64,000 nt of DNA from Phoronis australis (taxonomy: Eukaryota; Animalia; Phoronida), in NCBI GenBank assembly GCA_002633005.1, contig NMRA01000507.1, positions 62,001-126,000 of the forward strand. Direction: 5' to 3'. A model generated the notes under the pieces. The model ran no database searches, was not told where the DNA came from, and saw nothing but the letters and a program-made list of their open reading frames with translations. The position numbers were made by a program, and so were the translations under genes. Numbering within the stretch: position 1 is the stretch's first letter; every line of letters starts with the position of its first letter. This document shows, piece by piece, positions 1-15,000 of the stretch.

Positions 1-37
1 CCTGAAGAATGCCTTCCAGTATATTTTGAAATCTTTG
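1..37 (-). CDS. TAF7: TAF7 exon 9, partial (QRFQNILEGILQ...)
   Basis: TTTTTCTGCAG acceptor, phase 0; resembles human NRFQAVLDEL; truncated by the window edge. Confidence 0.85.
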
Positions 38-3000
38 CTGCAGAAAAACAAGACAATACATCATTGAAGTAGGGGATAACAAGACAATTAGAATAAATGA
101 TGGCAGGTTATCAATCATGCTCTTGTAAAAAAAATCAAAAACGAAGCCTTAGGGCACATATTCAATATATTTCACCTTCTCCACTGCTCAACCACAAACC
201 AAAATTAGTTTTTGGCACATTTCCTATTAAGAAAGATTGCTTCAGACATAAATGGCCAGTCTCTATACTTGCTTCATCCATGTTGTTCAAAGTCTTAAAG
301 CCACTCTACCATAAACCTGGCTTCTGCTTAAGAAATTAAACTTTTGACTCAGATCACTGCAAATCTCGTTTCACCCTGTTCTTAACTCAGATGAGAGGTG
401 ATTCCCAGGCTTAGACAAAACTGACAGTCTGTTACTGTGAAGAGTCCATGCTCAGCGCATACAGTCCGTTACTGTGAAGAGTCCATGCTTAGCACATACG
501 ATCCGTTACTGTCACAGCCCATGCTCAGCGGATAGAGTTCGTTACTGTCAGAGTACGTGCTTAGCACATACGATCCGTTACTGTCACAGCCCATGCTCAG
601 CGGATACAGTTCGTTACTGTCAGAGCTCACACTCACCACATAAATATCCATTACTCTCAAAGCCTACACTTAGCCCATACAGTTTGTTACCGTCTGAGCC
701 CATGCTCAGCGCATAGCATAACCCACCATGCTAAACCAACTTTCTAAGTCTGGCATCAAGCAATAACAAATCGCCAGATCTTCCTAAGCCCAGAAATCTT
801 GTCGTGTCTGAGTAACCAACAAAGTGAGAACAGTTTTGAATAATTGGTCTAAATCAAACGTTATTTTCTTTTACAAATGGCAGGCTTATAGCACCTTCAA
901 GTTCTCTCTATAGTCTCCAGGTGGGGCTAACAAATAAAGGTCTCTCATTTAAACATCTGACTATCTCAGTACACTGACAGCAGAGACCAGCTCATCAGCA
1001 CGCGGGCATTAATATGATGCAAAAGCCTTGTAAATTTACCTGAATAAAGGCATTTCTACAGGAAGGTCCCTTGCTTCACCTGCGCCACCTAGTGAATTTC
1101 CAGTCACTCACTACTAGTATTTTTTCAAGCTCGACATCAACGAGCTAAATTCGTCGCAATATAAGAAAAACTTGTCGCAGCAAGTTAAAGAAGGTTATGG
1201 AAAACAGCGGTAACACACCTTTAAAGCTTGATTGTCCACCGCCTCAATCTCTGCCTCTTGGGCTTGTTTCCTGGCCCTGAGTTCCTCCAACTGACCTTCC
1301 AGCTCCGACAGTTTGGTCTGGAAATCGGCTGAAACAAATAGGAAATTTACTACAGCATTAAATAGGATGACTTTGTGATTTATGGATATAGTGATCAAAG
1401 GTGCATCTAATACTACTGGTCACTAACAAGACATTTGAAGTGAGAAATTTTAGCATATTCAGTGCTCATACACCATTTTCTCACATAACTCAAGATTTCA
1501 CCATTGCCATCCAACCAGGTTCAGTCCTAGCCACTTTCCTGGAGTGTGCTAGTAAGATTGTGAAACTTTAGCAAGACCGGCAAACTTGACCACACTTGCT
1601 TCATCGAATATCCCCACCTAATTTGTGCATTATTTTGTTGCAACTTAGGTAGTACTCAGTGGTCAAAAGGNCAGTCTGTTACTGTGAAGAGTCCATGCTC
1701 AGCGCATACAGTCTGTTACTGTGAAGAGTCCATGCTCAGCACATACAGTCTGTTACTGTGAAGAGTCCATGCTCAGCGCATACAGTCTGTTACTGTGAAG
1801 AGTCCATGCTCAGCACATACAGTCCGTTACTGTCAGAGTACGTGCTTAGCACATACGATCCGTTACTGTCACAGCCCATGCTCAGCGGATACAGTTCGTT
1901 ACTGTCAGAGCTCACACTCACCACATAAATGTCCATTACTCTCAGAGCCCACACTTAGCCCATACAGTTTGTTACCGTCTGAGCCCATGCTCAGTGCATA
2001 GCATAACCCACCATGCTAAACCAACTTTCTAAGTCTGGCATCAAGCAATAACAAATCGCCAGATCTTCCTAAGCCCAGAAATCTTGTCATGTCTGAGTAA
2101 CCAACAAAGTGAGAACAGTTTTGAATAATTGGTCTAAATCAAACGTTATTTTCTTTTACAAACGGCAGGCTTATAGCACCTTCAAGTTCTCTCTATAGTC
2201 TCCAGGTGGCGCTAACAAATAAAGGTCTCTCATTTAAACATCTGACTATCTCACTACACTGACAGCAGAGACCAGCTCATCAGCACGCGGGCATTAATGT
2301 GATGCAAAAGCCTTGTAAATTTACCCGAATACAGGCATTTCTACAGGAAGGTCCCTTGCTTCACCTGCGCCACCTAGTGAATTTCCAGTCACTCACTACT
2401 AGTATTTTTTCAAGCTCGACATCAACGAGCTAAATTCGTCGCGATATAAGAAAAACTTGTCGCAGCAAGTTAAAGTAGGTTATGGAAAACAGCGGTAACA
2501 CACCTTTAAAGCTTGATTGTCTACCGCCTCAATCTCTGCCTCTTGTGCTTGTTTCCTGGCCCTGAGTTCCTCCAACTGACCTTCCAGCTCCGACAGTTTG
2601 GTCTGGAAATCGGCTGAAACAAATAGGAAATTTACTACAGCATTAAATACGATGACTTTGTGGTTTATGGATATAATGATCAAAGGTGCATCTAATAATA
2701 CTGGTCACTAACAAGACATTTGAAGTGAGAAATTTTAGCATATTCAGTGCTCATACACCATTTTCTCACATAACTCAACCTTTCACCATTGCCATCCAAC
2801 CAGGTTCAGTCATAGCCACTTTCCTGGAGTGTGCTAATAAGATTGTGAAACTTTAACAAGACCATGCATTATAGTACAGTGGTCTCGGCAAACTTGACCA
2901 CACTTGCTTCATTGAATATCCCCACCTAATTTGTGCATTATTTTGTTGCAACTTAGGTAGTACTCAGTGGTCAAAAGGGGTCATATGGGTAGGTTATGAA

Positions 3001-6000
3001 GGCAAAATTTCAAAGGTCGGGACACTTCACCCAGTAGTTTAGTTTTGGTCATTGACAGTAAAGCCAAAAACCAGAAAAAGCAAAAATTGATTCTTGTTTT
3101 TATTGCGATTCATTTCAAGACCTGCACTCCCCGACCAAAACAACCACCAGCCCGTATCAATTTTAGTCAAGACTTTGTAGTTGAAAAGCAGCACAAACGC
3201 ACATAAGCAAGGGTATGCAAGATTTGAAACACCATGATTTGCCAAGCAATGAATAAAAAGCCAATCCCGCATCCCTTTTGTCGTCACCGTTGGACTTTCG
3301 TTTTTGAGAAAATGAGCCTAAAAAAAATAAGTACCATAGCATCCCATCCACTCAATTTTCAAAAAAAAAAATAGAGACCAGAACCAATTATGCTTTTTTG
3401 ACTCAACACTGTGACTATATGCCCACCCAAAGCCTCACTATCATGTCTGCAACACTGACTGCATGTCTGACATTCGTCAATTTACACGACTGTATCTACA
3501 TACTCTGACTAAAGTCGCCATCCCCAGCCTGGCTGTCCATCATGTCTACTGCTGGCATCGACTGCAGGTCAGACAGAGACTGCATTGTGTCATCGTTGAG
3601 CAAACTTTGGTCAATCCTCGGTGTGAGCCGTGACATCTCCTCATCACCACTGTCCATGATGTTGATGTCCTTGTCGTCTTCATCTTCTGAGCTGCTTAAC
3701 TCGCCAAAGATGTGTTCCGCTGAAAGGTGAGAAAAAGAAGACAACAGTTTAGTGGTAACTTGAAATAGGGCCATCCTGGATTGTACAGCGACACTCAAAT
3801 CTCGCGTTATTTACCCACAATGCCGTAAACATCCATCAGACACATTTGTTGCCTCGTTTTCATACCACTGAAGTTTCACATGTAGTTTGTTGTTGTATGA
3901 TTCTTTTCAAATTTTTTCTGGTTGCATTACTCTATTCGTTCTTCCAATGCCAATGAAATACTACTGCTTTGCTGTGGACTGCAACTCCGACATGAAAAAG
4001 ATTAATAAACAGGACAAACACAGATGGATGCATGACATCAATGAGAGACACGGACATGTGCCTGATTTCCACAATGAGGCCATGCACTTTCTTCTCACCG
4101 TGTAATCCGGGACGCTTGGAATTATTTTTAAGCTTGCACAGTTATTGAAGCAGTATCTCACCACTTTAGGAAGCAATACGGCAGATGGATAATAAGTGAA
4201 ATTCATTATTTTAAATTTTACCACAAAAGATATGCAGTACCAAATGCGCATAGAAAAGAACTAAAACCTAATACTGGACTTATACTTCAACTGAGCGATG
4301 TTGCGTCCTTTACTAGTTAATGACGTGGTGGTGTTCAGCTGATGACGTAATCAATGGGGATTGAAACATAACGTGCTATCCCACGTCCTGGCGATTCTAA
4401 GAGCGACATTCAACACGCTTGTAGATGGATTCATTAACCCCAGTATTAAGTTTTAGTTCTTGTCTATATGTATTGACTGGATGTCTAATACTCACCAATC
4501 AATTATAGCATACACATTTTATCATTTCAAATTGGAATACTATAGCTACCATTGTTCAATGTTTCAAGAAATTGCAAGCATTCAAAACAATATTAGAAGT
4601 CTTTGTAAAATGAAACAGATAAATTTTGGATATTAGTTCTGTCCAAATTTGTTGAGATTTGACTGTAGCAAGGGAAGTCTGGCAGATATAATTATTTGTC
4701 ATAAGCACTGAGAGGCCATAACATAAAGAATCCGAAATGTTTAGGAAAGCAAGAGATCATAGTCTATTGTTTGTCCAGATATGCTATTTAATAGTAAGAA
4801 AATCTGAATTACAGAATAGACCATGTCATAAGGAAAATAAAATGCTTCTCATAACAATGTATTTGGTACAACAAATCAAAACGAATTCACCCTCCCGGGA
4901 TCTTTACAAAAGATCTGTTGAAATCGTTGAAGTTTGCTGAAAACAAGTCATTTTGTGAATAGTTTAGAAGGCTTTGAATTTGGGGAATGAAACATCGTAA
5001 GTGAGAAAATGTTTTAAACAGGTTTGTTGTAATGTGTTTTGATGGCGTGTGACATTCTTTGGGAGAAAAATAATTTTACAGAATGGAGTAACATTTTTGA
5101 AGTAATGCGGAATCAAAACCACTAACCTCTCCGTAGAATTCAAACACACTATTGCAGAGTCAAATCCAACGTGTTAAAATTACAAGAACACAACAGATTT
5201 TGTTGTTTTATAGCTCTGGTCAATGCCAATAACTTCAAGAGTTCCATCGTATTCAACAATTATACCAAAATTGCGTTTTGGGTCTGAAAAACAGTACTGT
5301 TCCTTTAATAAAATTGTACCAATCAAAGCGTGTCACCACTCAGCACTTTCTCTCACCTATGGCTTGACTGGTGGCGGCTGATGCCGCCTCATCCTTGGTT
5401 GTGGCTGCCTTCGTGGCTGGGTCTATCTTCTTACTGTCCTCAGTAATCACCTCCCACTTGACGTCGATAGCCTCGTTGTCAGTACGAAACAGGCGTTTCA
5501 CTTCTTTCTCTATGTCGGACATGTCAACCACCTAAAGTGAAATAGACAAAGGTTACAATTAATAGAATTACTCTTTAATTAAAAGGGACATAATCCGTTT
5601 TACGGACGAAAATCACAATTTTGGGATTATTGTTCGACGGATAAAATTAAGTAAACCTCAGTTCTGCCAACTGATTGTGACGGGCTGTTCGTAACTTTAC
5701 GCTTATTGTTATTCTTATTTAGTTGCAAATGTCTTTGTTGCGTCTCAGTGCGCCTTTGTTACGTGGGCATGTGGGCGCGACTGTATGTGTTGGGCACTTC
5801 GCTAGCGACAGGCTTAGGAGAAGGGTGTTTCCTTCCTTTGCCTTCATGAAAATTGATCGTTACCATGTGCAATTGAACTGAAACGTATGCCTGATGAGAG
5901 GAAATACATATTTTTGATGTTCAGTGGAGACTTGCTCTGTTACATGATTGACTGCGGCCATTGACCATTGAAGTTAGAAGTTCAACGGCGCATTGAGGCT

Positions 6001-9000
6001 GACCTCAAAATCACTTTTCTCACCCATAAAACCAACAAATAATACAAGACAGTTGAATAGTTTTCTTGCTTTCTGTTTTTGCCATCAGTGCTCTGAATGT
6101 CCTGTGTTCTAATAACCAAACAGACCAATGTAGTTCTCCAGACAATTTCAAAAACTAATAAAAACTGACCAAGCATCATAAAATTTGAATATGATCCCCT
6201 TGTACAATGTCAGGGAAAAAACACGGGACAGTGTTGCATTCAAACCATGTTTACCACCAACTTTCCTGTTGTTGCCCATTCATAGCTTGCTTCAAGATTT
6301 CAAGACGGGGTCCTTATGTGCTGGCATAAGCATCAATTTCTTTCTTATATCTAAACAAAGTATCTGTCATAAAAGTGGCTAAAAATCCGCCTTCTGTCAC
6401 AAAAACTAACTTTTGATTCAGACGGACCACAGTTATGAAATTGCCTGCAAAATTTTCCTTAGTCAAATCTGAAGTGTTTGATAAGAACTGACAACTTGTT
6501 ATTGCCCAAGATCAGGCTGCCCTGTGGTCACAAGCTAAAAAACCAGTTTGCATCTGAATTAGGAACAAGCCAAGATCAGTTCAGTAAGGGTTCTAAATTA
6601 AAAGCTAGATTCTACCCCGGTACACAAATTCATAGCCACTTTACTTATATTTTAGAATTTCTTACTTTCTTTTTTAGAGTTTTGCGAAATCGTCTCTTTC
6701 TCACATTTTTCAGAGGTGGTGTAACTGAAAAGACACGAGAACATCAAATGAAATCAAGTTACTGCCAAATTGAAAACACTACTGTAATGGGTGGTTTAAT
6801 GTATTCGTGTGAACAGAAATCTTTCTGGACAGAGCCTTAGACTAGCAATTACAGTGAACCACAGTAAAAGTGAGTCAGCTCCTCCAGAGTCAAAAGTTAT
6901 CAGTAGGAGTCTGTGTTGAAATCAGCAGTGCAGCCAGCAGTCTTAAAAATTAGAGAGCTGATTTACCTGCTATTTTTGTAATAGCCGCTCACCATAAGTT
7001 TATGACCTGGGCTGCAGTAATGAAAGGCCCTTGAACAGAACGGAAATATTTCCTACTCGTCAAGGGCACCACTTTAATAGTGACTAGGGATCATCTCAAA
7101 AACTGGCAGCACGATTACAAGAGCCNNNNNNNNNNNNNNNNNNNNNNNNNNNNNNNNNNNNNNNNNNNNNNNNNNNNNNNNNNNNNNNNNNNNNNNNNNN
7201 NNNNNNNNNNNNNNNNNNNNNNNNNNNNNNNNNNNNNNNNNNNNNNNNNNNNNNNNNNNNNNNNNNNNNNNNNNNNNNNNNNNNNNNNNNNNNNNNNNNN
7301 NNNNNNNNNNNNNNNNNNNNNNNNNNNNNNNNNNNNNNNNNNNNNNNNNNNNNNNNNNNNNNNNNNNNNNNNNNNNNNNNNNNNNNNNNNNNNNNNNNNN
7401 NNNNNNNNNNNNNNNNNNNNNNNNNNNNNNNNNNNNNNNNNNNNNNNCTTAATCTGCCTTGGCGATTCAAAGAGCGACATTCAACACGCTTGTAGATGGA
7501 TTCATTAACCCCAGTATTAAGTTTTAGTTCTTGTCTATATGTATTTACTGGATGTCTAATACTCACCAATCGATTATGGCATACACATTTTATCATTTCA
7601 AATTGGCATACTATAGCTACCATTGTTCAATGTTTCAAGAAATTGGAAACATTCAAAACAATATTAGAAGTCTTTGTAAAATAAAACAAGTAAATTTTGG
7701 ATATTAGTTCTGTCCAAATTTGTTGAGATTTGACTGTAGCAAGGGAAGTCTGGCCGATATAATTGTCTGTCATAAGCACTGAGAGGCCATAACATAATGA
7801 ATCAGAAATGTTTAGGAAAGCAAGAGACCGGAGTCTGTTGTTTGTCCAGATATGCTACTAGTAAGAAAATCTGAATTACAGAATAGACCACGTCATAAGG
7901 AATAGAAAATGCTTCTCATAACAATGTATTTGGTACAACAAATCAAAATGGATTCACCCTCCCGGGATCTTTACAAATTCTGTTGAAATTATTGAAGTTA
8001 GCTGTAAACAAGTCATTTTGTGAATAGTTTAGAAGGCTTCGAATTTGGGGAATAAAACAACGTAAGTGAGAAAATGTTTTAAACAGGTTTGTTGTAATGT
8101 GTTTTGATGGCGTGTGACATTCTTCGGGAGAAAAATAATTTTACAGAATGGAGTAAGCATTTTTGAATGCAAAATCGAAACCACTAACCTCTCCGTAGAA
8201 TACAAACACACTATTGCCGAGTCAAATCCAACGTGTTAAAAATACAAGAACACAACAGATTTTGTTGTTCTATAGCTCTGGTCGATGCCAATAACTTCAA
8301 GAGTTCCATCGTATTCAACAATTATACCAAAATTGCGTTTTGGGCCTGAAAAACAGTTCAGCCCCTTTAATAAAATTGTACCAATCAAAGCGTGTCACCA
8401 CTCAGCACTTTCTCTCACCTATGGCTTGACTGGTGGCGGCTGATGCTGCCTCATCCTTGGTTGTGGCTGCCTTCGTGGCTGGGTCTATCTTCTTACTGTC
8501 TTCAGTAATCACCTCCCACTTGACGTCGATAGCCTCGTTGTCAGTACGAAACAGGCGCTTCACTTCTTTCTCTATGTCGGACATGTCAACCACCTAAAGT
8601 GAAATAGACAAAGGTTACAATGAATAGAATTACTCTTTAATTAAAAGGGACATAATCCGTTTTACGGACGAAAATCACAATTTTGGGATTATTGTTAGAC
8701 GGATAAAATTAAGTAAACCTCAGTTCTGCCAACTGATTGACTGTGATTATTGAAGTTACAAGTTCGACAGTGCATTGAGGCTGACCTCAAAATCGATAAA
8801 AGCAACAAATAATACATGACAGTTGAATAGTTTTCTTGCTTTCAGTTTTTGCCATCCCCATGATCCCCTTGTACAATGTCAGGGAAAAAAACAAGGGACA
8901 GTGTTGCATTCAAAGCATGTTTACCACCAAACTTTTTCATTGTTGCCCATTCGTAGCTTGCTAAAAATCCGCCTTCTGTCACAAAAACTAACTTTTGATT

Positions 9001-12000
9001 CAGACAGACCACAGTTATGAAATTGCCTGCAAGTTGTTAGATAGTTGAATCTGAAGTGATTTCAGGGTTTGATAAGAACTGACAACATGTTATTGCTCAA
9101 GATCAGACTGCACTGTGGTCAGTTTGCATCTGAATTAGGAACAAGTCAAGATCAGTTCAGTAAGGGTTCTAAATTAAAAGCTAGATTCTACCACGGAACA
9201 CAAATTCATAGCCACTTTACTTATTTTTTAGAATTTCTTACTTTCTTTTTTAGAGTTTTGCGAAATCGTCTCTTTCTCACATTTTTCAGAGGTGGTGTAA
9301 CTGAAAAGACACAAAAACATCAAATGAAATCAAGTTACTACCAAATTGAAAACACTACTGCAATGGGTGGTTTAATGTATTCGTGTGAACAGAAATCTTT
9401 CTGGACAGAGCCTTAGACTAGCAATTACAGTGAACCACAGTAAAAGTGGGTCAGCTCCTCCAGAGTCAAAAGTTATCAGTAGGAGTCTGTGTTGAAATCA
9501 GCAGTGCAGCCAGCAGTCTTAAAAATTAGAGAGCTGATTTACCTGCTATTTTTGTAATAGCCGCTCACCATAAGTTTATGACCTGGGCTGCAGTAATGAA
9601 AGGCCCTTGAACAGAACGGAAATATTTCCTACTCGTCAAGGGCACCACTTTAATAGTGACTAGGGATCATCTCAAAAACTGGCAGCACGATTACAAGAGC
9701 CACCTACTTCCGTGATTCCATATGAAGCGTTTGTCCTTGTCGATGTGATCTTTGACCTTTCTCTTGGACTGATCTAATTCTTCATCTTCCAGCTGAAAAT
9801 CTCTGTCGGCCGAGCAGATCATCATCTATGAATGAATAATGATATAACACTTTATTTAGCAATTCTACTAAGAATCCTTCAGTTTCATTCTTTCTCTTAT
9901 ACAGGACGCGATGCTTGCCACAACACCCACTCGCCAAACGCGATTTGGCAAAATTCCCAGGTCACCAAATGGGAAATGAGTTTACAGCCTTTGTTTTTTT
10001 TTTGCTTAAATAGATAACTAGGAGTGCATTGCCCGTTGGGCCAAATGTTATGCAACACCTACCTAAGGGTAAAGTAGACAAATCAGAGCACATGGTCTGC
10101 ACATGAGTCATGAATAGGCCTTTCCGGAATGGGCCCTATTGTGTTCGTCTGCCTCAGGAGGTAAGCCTGTGCACGGGATATTTAACCCGAGAGGGGAAGT
10201 GGTCGCCACCGAGCAGGCATGACACTGTTAATTTTCCATTCAAGCATACATAACAACAAAAAAAAGCTGCCTCGGCAGTCTTGTGTGCACCGATGGTCAT
10301 TTGTCAAGTTTGCCAATTTTTCACTCGCAATATTTTTTCATTATTGCGCTTCAGGGCTTTTTCCTCAGGGTGATTCAATACAAAATCGGGACATTCAATA
10401 CTCTATTGGGGTTCACAAATTTACCCCAATCGCTGCAATGAATGGAAATATGGGGTGGATACCTAGTATAATTCACAGGAAATTTTGTATACTACAGCTC
10501 TGTAATAGACTTATTTGCATGTTTGATAATCATCTAACAAAGGAGGTATTTTACTGGGACCTCACATACTGAAAGGAAAATCGGTCAAAAATTGTTTTTC
10601 AAATTTTTACTGAGGTTGATCAGAGTAAAGCATTTTATCAAAGGTCAGCTTGTGAACTGAAAAATGCCAAAATGAAACTGATGAAACTTTCTGAGTCTGA
10701 ATGGAGGGTAAAAATTGTGAGCAAACACAAGATAAGAACTTATAAATTATTTAAAACTAATTATTAAACACAACTTCATTTAAAAATGCGCATTTCTAGA
10801 GAAAAGAAATACCACTTTTCTCAATTAAGAAAGTCTTGCTGGTGAAAGTGGAAACTCCAGTTGAGGAGCACTTGTGAGATTTGTGTACTGCCTCATGCCT
10901 GGAGGATGAAATATATTTGCTTTGCTCGTGTGCTCACTACACTGATCTCAGAACTGGGTTATTTGCACAGGCCATGTTGGTCTATTGTTGATGAGCTAGG
11001 AATTCAGAACCAGTTTGTTTTCTTGATGACTAACCACTGAGCGTAAATTAGTTATCAGTTTTATTTATAATGCATTTCTCTGGTGAAAAAAGTTGGTATT
11101 TTTTCTTAATTAATGATGATTAAGAAGGTTGGTCTGATTATCTTTTTGTCATTTTATACATGTATGCATTGCTTATTTTTTGTACGTTCTCTTTGGAGAT
11201 GGTGACTTAAAAGCCCAAGTTGTAGCTGGGTAGCAACTGCTACAGGTCACTAAAATAAATGACCATTGATTGATTGATTGATATTGCAGCTATTGCGAAG
11301 AAGGTTGGTAACCTCAGTTCCCGTTCTGTGACTGGGAATTCTGTCAGGTCAAATTTTGCTTAGTGAGTTGACAGTAAGCTAAGCGTCTAGCCCTGAGCTT
11401 CATATAAGGTGCAAGGAGAAGACAGAGCACAGGGGGCTGGATGATGACATTACTCAACTACATATACACATGTGGGCACATAAAAGACATTGCAGTGAGG
11501 AAATGATGATGTGAACTTACCTGACTAATATCGGCTGTTTTGTAAAATGTTTTTTTATCCGTAGTCTTCATAGACTCAATCACACACGGTAAATCAACCA
11601 GCTGCAATGTTCAAAGAGTTATTATCTTGTAGAAAATCATAAACAATGTACGGTAAAAGCTCACCAATTTAGGATAGAGTCTTGCCGACAAGTGACATTC
11701 TATTTTATTATTTTTTTCCATGAATCATACGAAGCACCAAATTAAACGATTTTCCATCTTCAAGTTTTGTACCACAGCTACCGTCAAACAAAGTTTTGAA
11801 AAATTGTGCAAATTCGAACCAGCGTTTGAAGCCTTTGTAAAATGAATAAAGGTAATTTTTGGCAATTGTTTTTGTCCAAAACTGAAAAGATTTCACAATA
11901 ATCAAAATACTCTGAACCAATACCTTACATACTTTCTACCGTCATAGAGAATCCGCTCAAAACAATTTGAATGTCACAAATAAATGCATCCATTAAACAA

Positions 12001-15000
12001 TAACTTTCAGTTGCTGTAAAGCAGCTTCAACACTAGAAAATTAAGTTTTTGAATGTATATGAACAGGAATATAGACAAACCTTAGCTGAATAGATCTGTC
12101 CTCCATAGCAGACAGTGGCATGTCTGCTATCACCATGAATCTCTATGGAGAACTTGTCTTTGAGGTTCATGTGGCCTGACTGAACATCACGCCGTAGGGC
12201 AATAGCTGGACCCTGCAGTAAACAAAACAAATAGGTGCAAAGATACAAGAGTAGTGGGCACTTACAGGGGCACAAAAGCTCCACAATTTAGGTGACTGGC
12301 AATATTGATGATTCCATTCAGTCATTTTATACGGGCTCGTGGATGGTCCACGTTCTATGCCCACTTGATTTGAATAGACATTGTGAGAGTCTAGCATCCA
12401 AAGGATTCGACTAAGAGACAATTGCCACTTCACAAATGGCTGGGACAGGCTTTATCAGACTGTACATCACCTCCAAAAGGTATGAGAGAAGCACCTCCCA
12501 GTCATTAACTCTAAATGTTGAAGAAAAGTTCAATGAAAAGGTGATGGGGTGAACTGTATGGGTGCTGTAAAGCCCTGAGGTCTGTTTAAAGTTAACACAG
12601 TGGTTCTTAGCTGTATTTTGACATTAAGTCTTCATACAACTAGCTAGCTGGCTAGTATGATATACAGAAGGTAAACAATAGTGATCTAATATGGATACCA
12701 AGCAGGCGAGTTTTCGCTGATTGCTAAAAATACACTTCATATTGTTAATTATAGGAATTGATGCTTATCTTGTTTATTAAGGAAGAATATAGACACCATC
12801 TGATCGAACTAATATGCCTCAAATTCCAGAACTCACTCACCGAAAAGGCAGTACTATAATTACAGTGTCTTTTAAAGTTATGAATGTCATGACTTTCACA
12901 AAGCAGCACATGCTCTGCTTAGAGGCTCTGCCAAATGAAAGGCCCACAACTTTAAACCAATAACATTCCCAATTAACTGTGTCAGGATTGTTATTTTCAC
13001 TCGATGTGAGATTATTAAGAGCATGCACATTGGATCGAATTCATCTTTAGCCTCGTTTTTGGCGAGTGAGCAGTGGAATATGAGGAACACTCTGTAGATA
13101 AGTGCCACTTGTCTCTATTGGTTGCACCCTCACTAAAATCCTTAAGATGATGAAGGCAAGTATCCATAACTGTAATTAACAGGATGTCCCTTACTAACTA
13201 CTCGGTGAAAACAGCTTTCTGGTAGCCATTTTGAAGATGGACCTGTTTACTCGACATTTATGTAGTCGTGCTTTTGTTGAATCATATGAGCCTCTGATAG
13301 ACACTCACTAATGGGTAAATTGTCTATCAACTGAATGGTTAGCACGCTTGCCCGGTTTTACCTGGGTAGGTAATTCGTTTTCTGGGTTGGGTGATCTTGC
13401 CAATTACTACAGTTAGCACATTAGGCATATCATGAAGAAGCAATGGCAAGTATAGGACCCATGGACCTCAGATGGCATGCTTGGTGTAGTGGTGGTAAAT
13501 ATTTTAGGAGTTGAGGACCTATATGAGAGACAGCCTTGTGTTCACCTGGTGTAGTGGGTGATAAAGATTCCAAGGGAAGTCAATGACCTGAGTGTATACA
13601 AAACAATCTGGTATTCACCATCCTGGTGGCACGCATGCTCTGTAGGAAAGGCGGAATGTTCTAGAAGTGCTTACGGTGAATCATATGAGCCTCTGTCAGC
13701 CACTCACTAACAGACATTTGCTTATTAGCCAAATGGTTAGTGCACTTGTAAGTTTTACTGGGGTCGCTGGTTTGATTCCTGGGTCGAGTGATCTCGACAA
13801 TTACAATGTAATGATCTGGAGTGTAACTATATTATTAATATTGAACTGTTCTTATATACGTTCTACATATTATAGACACATGCACGGTAATATCAATGAC
13901 ACTGACGAGACTGTCCATTTCCTTAGCAGAGCCATAATAAACATAGTGACAGTGTGCTTTCACAATGACTCATAACCATATAAGAAACATAAAGGTTGTA
14001 CACTAAAATTTTGACGGGCATAAGCTCCGAACTTCAATTGTCTCAAATCAAAATAAAATCTGCATGTACCTCCCTCAGACTGGAATCATATAAACTTCTG
14101 AAGCCTCATCTTTCATGTTCCTCATGAGTAGTGAATTGGCAATAGAATTTCCAAAACAAATGCAAAACTCTAAATTCAAGGAGGTTAAAATAGTTCACAT
14201 GGTGCTTTAACTTGTATGACTGGTGAAAATAAAACTTCAAGTTTGAGCAAGCAAAGCCTGTGGCAATGGCAGGAAATTTGTCATCCAATTCTGTCAAATG
14301 ATTGCGGTTAGTAAAACCAAACTTTTACTTATGTGTAATTTGCTTCTTCTCTGTGGCCATTTTATCATTTAATCTAGACTTTATTTGTAAGAACTGGACT
14401 ATCATATGTTTGACCTTAACATTGTGTGCTAATCTTGGTTGAAGCACAACTGTAACAGACACTCGGCTTTTAACGGATTTAAGATGTTTGGCCGCACGTT
14501 CATCGCAAGAAACCACAGTAAGCCTATGCAAGTAGCTAGCAACCTGTGCTTCTGCGATTTTTTTACTTATCATTATTCAAACAGATTGAAATTGACACTA
14601 AGTTATGTGTACTGCACTCAATTAACATTTGTGGGCATGTGAAAACAGACTTTCGGAATTGCTTCAGGAGCATCCAGGAAAAATCCAGATGTGTACGAAG
14701 GCCATCTGCCAAAACGTCACAAAACTTTCGGGTTTTGACATTTTTGTCATCAAGTCACCGACTGAAGGAATTTTGATGTGATAGAGTGAAAGAAGGTATT
14801 CAAAAATTTGTTTGAAACTGATTTCGTGGAGTTCCATACATATTTGAGTAGGAAGTTCTGAACAAACTGATTTTTAGTGTCTTACCTTTGTTTTACTACC
14901 AGTAACTGGTGCCTGGTGATCAAGGAACAGATAAACTCAAGGGCCTGTGTAGACATTACCTCTGCCTCAACTGGCCTCAGTTGAGACGGTGGACATCCCA

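Larger units (their letters stand above)
425..2978. repeat. ~1.3 kb tandem duplicate (425-1670 vs 1672-2978) joined at a single N
   Basis: Near-identical blocks, both containing TAF7 exon 8. Confidence 0.9.
4390..9701. repeat. Tandem duplicate (~4390-7125 vs ~7459-9701) across N gap 7126-7447
   Basis: Near-identical blocks with several indels, both containing TAF7 exons 5-6. Confidence 0.9.

Noticed and set aside
425-2000. 36-37 bp repeats as a CRISPR array
   Set aside because: Units are contiguous with no unique spacers, there are no cas genes, and the context is a eukaryotic intron
6478-6840. 120 aa plus-strand ORF (and its copy 9069-9416)
   Set aside because: Antisense to TAF7 exon 5 and introns, TTG start, no recognisable domain
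7080-7623. Long ORFs spanning the N gap
   Set aside because: Artefacts of translating N
10114-10139. ATAGGCCTTTCCGGAATGGGCCCTAT as fused transposon ends
   Set aside because: Too short to distinguish from chance
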